A stretch of DNA of 64,000 nucleotides. It comes from Phaeosaccion multiseriatum. Its lineage: Eukaryota > Protista > Ochrophyta, other classes. The stretch lies in assembly GCA_965112735.1 (NCBI GenBank), contig OZ218951.1, positions 5,518,001-5,582,000 of the forward strand, written 5' to 3'. The position numbers were made by a program, and so were the translations under genes. Shown one piece after another: positions 48,886-59,376 of the stretch; position 1 is the stretch's first letter; every line of letters begins with the position of its first letter. The notes below the pieces were generated by a model that saw nothing but the letters and a program-made list of their open reading frames with translations, was not told where the DNA came from and searched no databases.

Positions 48886-49983
48886 ATGGCGAGTAGGAGG
48901 AGCAGTGCATCCACTGCCACAGCTGCAAAGGTGATGGAGGCCATCGCGGCGGCGGCACCGAGGGAAGCAGCAGCGGCGGCGGCAGAAGCAACGACAGCAG
49001 CAGTAGCAGAGGGAGGGGGCAGGGGAGGCAACGGGACAGTTCCGGGAGCAACCATCCGGAGGCCCAGCGGTGCTTCTTTGGCAGGGTCGCATGGTGCAGT
49101 GCGACCAGCATGGGGAGGGACCGGCAATAGGAAGGCTTCACTGACGCCCCTAACCTCCTCCACATCGTCAGCTTCCGCCGCCACCCAGGCAACGAGGTTA
49201 AAAAACAAGCAGCAAAGGGGCAGGCACGGGCCAACTAAGAGCAGTGGTGGTGCGGGATCGCATGTTTCGGAGCAGAGAAGGAGGGTGACAGCCACTGCTG
49301 CCGACCCAATGCTGGGAGCAGGGGAAGGAGGAGGGGTGCGAGGGCGAAAGCTGTCCAATTCCAATACAGCCGTGGACACATTGGCAGCAGGAGGAGGGGG
49401 AGATGTGGGCAGAGTGGCCAGAGAGCAGATTCGGGAGCTGAGAGCGAGAGAGGCGGATTGCCGCACAGCTCTGCAGATGAAGGATCACGCCCTGGTGCAG
49501 CTACGGAGACAACTCGCCGAGAAGTCGGCCCTTGTGGATAAGGTTAGGGGGGTGCAGGAGGAGCGGCAGAGGCAGCAGAAAGGGTGGCAGGACACCAAGG
49601 AGGAGCTAAGAAGGCTGGTGAGGAAGCTGGAGAGGAACGGCATCAACGCGGTCACCCTGAAGAAGCTTGATGCCAGCGAGACGGCCGCCCTCAAAGCGGA
49701 GATGGAGAGCCTGCCCGTGGGGTTGGGGAGGGTTGTGGATGACCGACTCAAGGCTGCGATGGAGGGGGGCGAGCGCTGCAAGCGGCAGACGGAGAGCATG
49801 CTAGAGGAGACTCAGGAACTGATTCTCCTCCTCAGTGCAGGCCTCAACGAGCTGCAGCAGGGGCAGGGGCAAGAGGGGCAGTGCATCAGCAGCACCAGCA
49901 GCACCAGCACCAGCACCAGCACCAGCAGTAGCGACGGAGGAGCAGGGGCAGGCGGGCCTCAACGCCGCGCGGATTCGGAGTAG
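48886..49983 (+). CDS. Hypothetical protein: basic disordered N-terminus plus C-terminal coiled coil, single exon
   Basis: A 365-codon ORF from ATG 48886 with heptad-like E/R/K/L/Q runs (EQIRELRAREADCRTALQMKDHALVQLRRQLAEK...). It lies divergent to trmB. Confidence 0.65.
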   Translation: MASRRSSASTATAAKVMEAIAAAAPREAAAAAAEATTAAVAEGGGRGGNGTVPGATIRRPSGASLAGSHGAVRPAWGGTGNRKASLTPLTSSTSSASAATQATRLKNKQQRGRHGPTKSSGGAGSHVSEQRRRVTATAADPMLGAGEGGGVRGRKLSNSNTAVDTLAAGGGGDVGRVAREQIRELRAREADCRTALQMKDHALVQLRRQLAEKSALVDKVRGVQEERQRQQKGWQDTKEELRRLVRKLERNGINAVTLKKLDASETAALKAEMESLPVGLGRVVDDRLKAAMEGGERCKRQTESMLEETQELILLLSAGLNELQQGQGQEGQCISSTSSTSTSTSTSSSDGGAGAGGPQRRADSE

Positions 49984-50255
49984 AATGCATTCCTTGCTTT
50001 GTTCTCAAGCCTCCCTCAATGACTTGTGACGGATGGGCAGCGAGAGTCGCCCCGCTGTCACTGGTGAGCACCGAGGGAGAGGGAGAGAGAGTGAAAGGGA
50101 GCCAACAGATGAGGGAAGACGAAGGAAGAAGGAAGAGGGCCGCACAGAGGCTGCCAAGGGGAGGCGCACAGGAGTTGGACGTACGCTTGTGCGGACGGGA
50201 TGGAGTGACGGAGTGTCGCTAAGCTGTGAGCGGCGGACAGAGAAACAGAGCGAGC

Positions 50256-50327
<72 letters not shown>

Positions 50328-50888
50328 GAGGGCTAGAGAGAGACGGAGTGAGATTGCGATGGCCAGAGAGAGAAAAGAGAGAAAAGGAGAAGGTGCCTGG
50401 TATCCCCCGCAGCCGAGGTGAGCAAGCGACCGAAAGCGAACCGAGTTGTGGCGTTCTGACCGACAGCCCCAGAGGGTTTTTTGTGTTTACTGCTGATGCC
50501 ACCGCGCCCCATACTCACGTCAATTTTTGCCCGGCCTCTCGGGGTCCAAAACTTCAAGAACTTACGGGCCAGCATTACGTAGGACTACGTACGGTGTGTG
50601 AAGTAGCCCGTGCTCATGTGACGAATGTTCGAGAGCCCACAGAAGCAAGTTTTTAAAAAAGTAAACCAAATGGAATTTTTTCATGACTGTTAAGAAGCGT
50701 CCTACTGTGTGGTTGATTCTGGTGCAAGTTTGCGTGCCCTCATAACAACCAAGACATCGACATCGAATGTATTATACTAGTAAGTATTTAGTATGTCAGT
50801 GATCTCGTGTTTGTGGGTGTGCGTCTCTCTGTGTGTGGGTGTGGGAATTCGAAAGCGAACTGGGTGAGGCTCAGTAGTCACGCGTGCT

Positions 50889-50896
50889 TGTGTATG

Positions 50897-50930
<34 letters not shown>

Positions 50931-51055
50931 TGTATGTATGTATGTATGTATGTATGTATGTATGTATGTATGTATGTATGTATGTATGTATGTATGTATG
51001 TATGTATGTATGTATGTATGTATGTATGTATGTATGTGTGTGTGTGTGTGTGTGC
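50889..51055. repeat. (TATG)n microsatellite followed by (TG)n
   Basis: Seen directly in the sequence. Confidence 0.95.
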
Positions 51056-51836
51056 CAAAGAAGAAGAGAGAAGCGGCGGACATGGCACTAAGCAGACAAG
51101 CACCCGGTAGCATCATCGACATTGTTCACTATTAGATATCGACACTGTCCACGATTAGATATCGTAGTAGGTATCGCCTCCCCCACCGTTGGAACAGGGC
51201 CCTACTTTTCTCCGAATGTTTCATTCATGTTCGACGAGGGCCCTACTTCTCTTTGTACGGCCCTTCTTCTCTCCTAATGTTGCATTCATCGTCCGGCCGG
51301 GCCGTGACCACACATGCCTCCACGCCTCCCTCCACGCCGGGGGAGGATGTGGTAGGAGTCCATTAGGGGCTCTCTCTCCGCTTGTCTCCCTCACACAACA
51401 GCGGCCTGGCCTCAAGCAGCAAGCTTCACTGGCGTCATGATGTGTGCTGTGCCGTGCGTGGCTAAGCCTCCCTCCCTTTCTCCCTCCCTCCCTACCTACC
51501 TTCTCCCTCCCTCCTTCCCTCTCTCGCCTTCCCCCCCGACATTCCGCCACCCCTGTTACCAAACCATCCTCTTCATACTGCCTACGTCCTTCTCTTCTCC
51601 TCGTGTGTACTCTCTCTCTCTCTACGCACTGCACTCCTCAGCCGCACACACACACACACACACCGCACATCGTGTCTCACTACCGAACCAAAGCTTCGAC
51701 AGCACAGCCTAAACAAGTCGACAACTCAACAACAACAGAGCAGACTCACCAGACGCAGCAGACTCAACTCACTCACCGACTCAGTGCGTCTAACCCAAAC
51801 CCCCACCCCCACCCCTCCTTCCTCTACCATCGCACG

Positions 51837-54800
51837 CTATCGCACAGTGCCCTTCATGACCACCTGTGGGGCGTCGTCGCCATCCTCCCTCCCCTCCAGG
51901 CCCCCGAGCACCAACACGTCCGCCTCTCCTGCCTCTCTCAGCAGCTCCAGCGCCTCCGCCTGGCGATCCGCCGCCACCACCACGCACATACCCACACCGC
52001 AGTTCAACGTACGCAGCATCTCCTCCTGGCTCATCTTCCCGGCGTCCCGCAGCCATCCAAACACTGGGGCAAGCTTCCAACCACTCGACTCCACCTCCAC
52101 CACTGCCTTAAGGTGGGCCGGCAGCACTCGCGGAACGTTCTCCAGGAGCCCGCCCCCTGTGATGTGAGCCATGGCCTTTACCACCCCGGCCTTGAGGAGG
52201 GGCAGGAGGGCCCGCACGTAGATACGCGTGGGCACGAGCAGCGCATCCGCCAGCGACTGGGTCTTGTCAAAAGGAGCAGGATCCGAGTAGGCCAAACGCT
52301 CCAGCTCCACAATCTTGCGCACTAACGAGAAGCCGTTACTGTGCACTCCCGAGGAGCGGAGGCCGAGCACCACATCCCCAGCGGTGAGCTCGGATGTTTT
52401 GGGCAGCACGCGAGTCCTGTCCACCGCCCCGACCGAGAAACCCGCCAGGTCGTAGTCGCCATCTGCATACATGGAAGGCATTTCGGCGGTTTCACCTCCA
52501 ATGAGGCCGCAATTGGCTTGCCGGCAGCCCTCTGCGATACCCTCCACCACCTGGGCCGCCTCTGTGACGCTGAGTCTGAGAGGGGTGTAATAGGCCGTAG
52601 AGAGAGGCACGAGGAAGGGTAGGCAGAGCGGGCAGTGCGGGCAGAGCGGGCAGTGAGGGAGTCAGAATGGACACGGTGGGTGGGTGGGTCGGTGAGTGGG
52701 TGAGGGGATGGATGGTGAGTGTGTGGGAGTGGGTTGGTTGGAGGGTTGGTGAAGGAGGCGCGAAAGGAAGGAAGGAAGGAAGAAAGGAAACAGAAAAAGG
52801 GAAGGGAGGAAAGGCTCAGAGTCAGTCAGTCAGCCAATCAGCCAGCCAGCCAGTCACTCATTCAACGACGTACCTGCCCGTAGCGTAGTAGTCGAGGAAG
52901 AAGAGCGGCTCTGCTCCTGCCACGATGAGGTCATTCACGCACATAGCAACGAGGTCCACCCCCACACCTGTGTGCTTGCCTGCGATCTGGGCCACCTGGG
53001 GAGTTCCAGATATATGGCAGTGCGTGGCAGTGCGTGGTAGTGCGTGGTAGTGTGTGGTGTGGGTGGATGCGTGCGTGCAGACATTAGCCTTCAATGCGTC
53101 CTGCTGCTTCATGCCGCTACTTCTTCATGCTCCCCTCTCCTCCCCTCTCCTCCCCTCCCATCTCCTCTCCTCCCCTCTCCTCCCCTCCCCTCTCCTCTCC
53201 TCTCCTCCCCTCCCCTCCCCTCCCCCCCCCCTCCCCTCTCACCTTAAGCTTGGTGCCCACTCCATCCGTCGCCCCAACCAGGATGGTGTTGGCGGTTTCA
53301 TACCCCGCAGCGGCAAGGTCAAACAGACCTCCAAAGCCGCCCAAGTCGGCATCACACCCCGCCCTCACCGTAGACTTGCATGCCGGCTTGATCCTCTCCA
53401 CCAACGCGTTGCCCGCATCGATATCTACCCCTGCACTCTTGTAAGACACCCCCCCTCCTCCTCCACCACCACCTTCCGCAGCAGCAGCAGCAGCAGCGGC
53501 GGCGGTGGCGGCGGCGGCGGGAGCGCCCACCTCCCCTCGTTGGAAGCGAGCAATCGCCTCCAGGAAAGCCTCTCCTTCCTTGGCCTGCACCTTGGCCTTT
53601 AGGCTCTCCGCCGTTTCGGTTTCTGTAACCGCCACCTTACTCTGCACGATTATGGGCCCCCCATCCACCTCTTCGGTGACGAAATGAATGGTGCAGCCTG
53701 ACTCCTTCCTACCATCGGCGACCACCGCTGCGTGTACCTCCAAGTCCATACCTCCAGCGAAGTCGGGGAGGAGGGAGGGGTGCACATTCATGCATCGGCC
53801 GGCCCACGTTTGGCAGAACTTGGGGCTCAGGATGCGCATATACCCAATCAGAAGCACCAGGTCTACGCCCGCGTCCGAGAGGATGGTGCTCACCTAGGGA
53901 GGGAGGGGGTGGAGGGAGGGAGGGAGGGAGGGAGGGAGAGAGAGAGGGAGAATGGGCGGAGGGAGGGAGGGGGGTGGAGGGAGGGAGGGAGGGAGGGAGG
54001 AAGCGAGGGAGGAAGGGGGTAGGGAGGGAGGGAGGGAGGGAGGGGCGGAGGAAGGAAGAGAGGGAGGGAGAGAGAGAGGGAGTGAGTGAGTGGGGGAGTG
54101 AGGGAGGGAGGTAGGGGGTGAGTGAGTGAGTCGGTGAGTGAGGTAGCGAGTGAGTGAGTCCGCGAGTAAGGCGCCTACCTCTTCGTCAAAGTCCGCCCTC
54201 GTCCTGCCCTTGCCCGACACGAAGGAGCTTGGGATGCCTGCACCCTCACACCGCTCAAGCACGAAGGCGTCCGACTTGTTGGAGATTGCAGTGACCACCT
54301 GTGCGTGTTGGTAGTTCGGTGGGGTTACTTTTTACTTGTTGAAGTTGTGGGGGTTGGCTGGGATTGGGGCTGCCTAACCACCCCAACCCGCCCACCCTCT
54401 ATCCTGACACCCACTCATCCTCTATCCTCAGACCCACCCACTCTGTCCTGACACCCATCCACCCACCCACCGTGGCATTGATTTGCCCCGCCTCAATGAC
54501 GTCAAGCACCCAACTTCAATCCTCTACTTTCTGTCCTGACACCCACCCATCCTCTGTCCTGACACACGCCCTCTATCCCCTACTTTCTGTCCTGACACCC
54601 ACCCACCCACTCTGTCTTGACACGCATCCACTGCCATCCCCTGCCAGCTGTGACCCACCTTGGCGTTGATCTGCCCCGCCTTAATGGCGTCGAGCACAGG
54701 CTGCAGAGCAGTGCCCCGACCACTCGCAAGCACTCCGACCCGCAGAGGGGCGTGTTTGGCTCTGTGGCCGATGTCTGTTCTGAAGTGCGAGGGGGAGAAG

Positions 54801-56034
54801 GAGATGCACTTCACCCCGGCGTAGGCGCGGTCGAGGGCCTCCCTGGTAGGCGGTAGGGAGGGGAGGGAGGGAGGAGGGAGGGAGGGAGGGAGGGGAGGAG
54901 GGAAGGAGTGAGGGAGGGAGGGGAGGGCGGGCGGGGAGGAGGGAGGGAAGGAGGGAGGGAGGGAGAGGAGGGAGGGAGAAGGGGAGGGAAAAGAGGGAGG
55001 GGTGTGTGAGTCCTCAGCAGCTGTACCAGGGGATGCTTGTGGCGGTGTGTGGAGTGGAAAGGTAAGAGCAGTAAAGAATCATGACGGCACCGCCAACCGC
55101 ACACTCACGCCACCGCAGACAGAACCTAAATCTTCAAAACACTCACCCACACGCACCCCCCCCCCCCAACACAGACACCCACAAACACACAACACACAAC
55201 ACACGCACACACACGCATACACACACACGCACACACACGCATACACACGCACACGCACACACACACGCACACACACACATACATACACACACACCCCACG
55301 CACGCACCCACATAGCCCTACACACCTAAAATCACTCCCGCAGCCCGTGACGGCAAGAACCCGTCCCCCCGCGGCCTCCACGCCGTCCCCTCCCCCTTCG
55401 CTGCTGAGCTTGGTGCCTGCATGAAACACAGACACGCCCTCCTGGCTTGAGGCGTCCTGGATGCCTGAGATGGGCATTCCCTTGGGGTAGCTACCTGGGT
55501 ATCCTCCTGCGGCCATCACCACGGTGGCAGCAGAGGCGTCCAGGAAGCTCACCTGTTTGGGGTGTGGGTAGTGGCCCAATCAAGAGGAGGGTGGGAGAAG
55601 AGGGGGGTGGTGGTGGTGGTGGTGGGGGGGGGGGGGGGGTTAGAGACTGGGGGATGGAGGGAGGGAGGGGGTGCAGTGGACGTTCCCTCTTTTCTTCTTT
55701 CTTTTGAGTTACTCATGAAGGGCAACTTACGCACCGACTGACCCACGCACTCACTCACTCACTCACCCACTCACTCATTGACATAACCCACCTCTGTCTC
55801 TGCGAGCCGTCCCTCTGTGCAGGCGGAGAAGATGTCGTAGAGATCAGAGCGCAGGAGGGGAAGCACCACCTGGGGGCAGGGGAGGGGAGGGATGGCAGTG
55901 GATGGCAGTGGGTGGGCAGGGAGGAGGGCGCACGTGCACGTCAAAGAACACGCACACACATACACACACACCCACACCCACACACATACACACACAAACG
56001 CGCACACCCATACGCACGCACACACACACACACA

Positions 56035-56083
<49 letters not shown>

Positions 56084-56482
56084 CACATGCGTATTCTAAA
56101 GAATTTTGGGGGCCGTCCTTAAAAAGGAGAAGCAGAAGAGAGGCTGAGAGGCCAAAAAAATTGAAACTGAAACTGAAACTTGCCTGTGTCTCTGGGTCGC
56201 CCATGCGTACATTAAACTCGAGCACGACGGGCCCGTCCGCGGTCAGCATGAAGCCCGCAAACAGCACCCCTACGAAGGGAGAGCCTGACTCGGCCATGGC
56301 GGTTACGGTGCGCTGGCAGATGGACGCACACTCGCGTTGGAGGGCTGTGGGAGGGGGAGACGGGTGGGGGTGGGGGGAGGGAAGAGAAGGGAAGGGGGGG
56401 GTAAGGGGAGGGCGAGGGGAGCGAGACGGGAGGGGGCAGGAAAAAGTCACTTCTACTACTACTATTCCCACCGCAACCATTG

Positions 56483-56519
<37 letters not shown>

Positions 56520-56978
56520 CTCCTACTCCCCCGCCGCCTCCTCCCCCGCCTCCTCCTCCTCCTCCTCCTCCTCCTCCTCCCCCTCCTCCTACTCCCCCGC
56601 CGCCTCCTCCCCCGCCTCCTCCTCCTCCTCCTCCTCCTCCCCCTCCTCCTCCTCCTCCTCCTCCTCCTCCTCCTCCTCCTCCTCACCGGGAGTGAGGCAG
56701 GGGGCAGGCGCGTAGGCCCCCATCCCCCCGGTGTTGACCCCCTTGTCCCCATCAAGGGCTCTCTTGTGGTCCTGTGCCCCAGGCATGCACTTGGCGGTGG
56801 TGCCGTCACAGAGAGCGAGGATGGACACCTCCTCTCCGATAAGCAGCTCCTCCACCACCACCTCGTCCCCCGCCGCGCCGAAGACGCGATCCACCATAAC
56901 CTGTTTGGTTGAGCAGTTGGTTGTTCGGAGTGTGTGAGTGGGGAGTGTTGGTCAGTCGTGTGGAATGCAAAGTATTGT

Positions 56979-57016
<38 letters not shown>

Positions 57017-58221
57017 GCGTGCCGGTGGTGGATTGTTCGCCGGAGTGTGATGTGTGGAGTGTGGGGTGGGGAGTGTGAGCGTTGCGTGGCTTGAGATTGG
57101 TAATGGTGGTGGTGGTGGTGGGGTTGAAAACCCTCTCCTCCCTCCCCTCCTCCCTGCCTGCCTCACTGAAATACTGACCTGCTTGAGTGCAGCGAGGGTT
57201 TGTTCCTTCCCCTCGGGCATCAGCACGCCCTTGCCAGCCGCCAGCCCCGAGGCCTTGACCACCACGGGAAAGTCGATGGACTCGACATACGCCTTGGCAG
57301 CCTCAAAGCCCCCCCCTGCTGCGTTGTTCGAATCGGAATCGGAACAAGAGAAGTTCTTGTAACGGGCCGTTCGAATGCCATGTTCCGCCATAAAGTCCTT
57401 GGAGAAGGCCTTGGAGGCCTCGAGGCGAGCAGCAGCGGCGCTGGGCCCAAAGCAGGGGATACCTTGGGCGAGTAGGGCATCTGCCAGACCCCCAACCAGG
57501 GGTACCTCAGGACCCACGACCACGAGACCGATGGCCTTGGACGGGTCCTTACAGAAGGCGACGATGCCGGCATAGTCAGTCACGCCCAACGTGGACTCGT
57601 TGCTAATTTTGTCACAGCCGTGGGCGGTGCCTCCGTTGCCCGGAGCGACGAACACGTGCTGGACGCGTGCGCTCTTTGCAAGCTTGTCGGCGATGGCGTG
57701 CTCGCGCCCTCCAGAGCCGACCACCAACACGCCCACCTGACTCTCCGCAATCTGCAAGTCCTTGGCCAGGAGCTCCGCGGACTGCAGGTCGAGGGTGGCG
57801 GCGGCACGTAGAGCCTTCACTGCAAGCTTCTTCCTCTGCGACTGGGAGATTACCACCTCTGCTGCTCCTGTCCCACCCACTCCTCCTCCTCCTCCTCCTC
57901 CTCCTCCTGCTGCTGCTGCTGCCGCTGCTGCTCGTTCTCCCACCCAGACATAGTCTGCGGGGTCTGTGACGACGATGCACACATCGTACTGATTGGCAGC
58001 GGCGCGGACAAGGCCCTGGCTGCCGATGTCCACCACTTCGCTCGGGGGGTTCGGAGTGGATGTGGGGGGAGAGAGGCCTCCGGCGACGACGACGGACAGG
58101 TCCGAGGGGAGGTGCAGAGTGTCGGCCCACTGAAGAGGAGGAGGGGGAGAGGGGGATGAGGAAGGAGGAAGATGAGGAGGAGGAGGAGGATGAGGAGGGG
58201 GAGAGGGAGGAGGAGGAAGGA

Positions 58222-58254
<33 letters not shown>

Positions 58255-58814
58255 GAAGGAGGAGGAGGAGGAGGAGGAGGAGGAGGAGGAGGAGGAGGAG
58301 GCCCAGATAGAGTGCAGATATGAAATCGAGGTGGGGGGAGGGGTCAGTGCTTGTTTGCGAAGGGTGGGAGGGCTGACGGATGGACAGGAAGGCACGTGAC
58401 TATAGTCGGTCGCTGGATATATGGTGCATGGCCTGTGCCCTCCGTCACACATTCGCGCAATACGAGTGCGCATCCCTTCGCTCTAGACAGTTTTCTGCTC
58501 CAGTCTTGCCCGAATGGTTTCTGCTCCTCGTGCCCTCCCTCTGAACCCTCCCCCCTCCTCCTCCTCCTCACCTCAGGCCGTCTCCTTCACGTTCTCCCTC
58601 GCCCTCATCCCCCCCCCCCCAACACCCTGGTCAATCTACCCATCCTGCCCTCTTTCCCTTCGCTTACCGCTTTGTGCTCGACGCCCGCTGCCGTCAGTGC
58701 CGCATGTGTATCTGGAGCATTCACACTCGTCACCTCCAGCCCACAAGCCGCCAGTCTCCTGGCGAGAGGCACCATGCCCTCCTCCAGCGGGCCTACAAAC
58801 ACCGCCTGCCCCAT
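51837..58814 (-). CDS. purD-purN-purM: Purine biosynthesis fusion: degenerate IMP-cyclohydrolase/MGS-like domain, GAR synthetase (PurD), GAR transformylase (PurN), AIR synthetase (PurM); 11 exons
   Basis: Exons: 58814-58668, 58129-57179, 56900-56687, 56344-56184, 55869-55792, 55552-55326, 54842-54659, 54298-54179, 53893-53243, 52995-52874, 52575-51837. PurD: [64 protein letters not shown]. PurN: [36 protein letters not shown]. PurM: [46 protein letters not shown]. Confidence 0.93.
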
Positions 58815-59376
58815 GATCCTGCTGCTGCTACTACTTCTGCGGCTGGTACTGCTGGTCCAGCTATTACTGCGGTTTCCCTGCCACTGGTCGCCGCTGCTTT
58901 CTCTAATGTTGAGGCTCCTGGTACTGCCCTGACCCAACCCTTTCGTCGCCTGTGGAGGCACCCAAAAGCCCGCACACAGTCCTAAGCAGCTCCAATACCA
59001 CCACCAGCAGCCAAAGAGCGACGCTACCTTCCGCACGGGCCCTATCCTTCCTCTCGTCTCGCCTTTGATGGCTTTTTTTCTCTTTCTTTCCCCGCCTTTG
59101 AAATCGAATAGGAGCGGCGAAGCACCAACACGTGCGTCGAAGTAGCTGAAATTCGAACTTTTGCCGCCTGAAACGCCATACTCTGTCTCGTCAATACCTC
59201 TCTCGTCAAGACACAAGAGACTTGAGCAGTGGTAGCAGGAGTGGTGCAAGGTGGGACTAGATCGGGTGCCTGCCTATATTAGTGATGAGGTCTCGGTGGG
59301 GTTGACTATAGAGTGTGCGCGAGAGAGAATAGGAGAAGGAGAAGGGGGATTGGAGAAGGTGCAGCGCTGAGGCAAA

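Noticed and set aside
50470-50800. AT-richer intergenic segment as a possible TE end or ncRNA
   Set aside because: No TIR, TSD or recognisable RNA motif could be established by eye.
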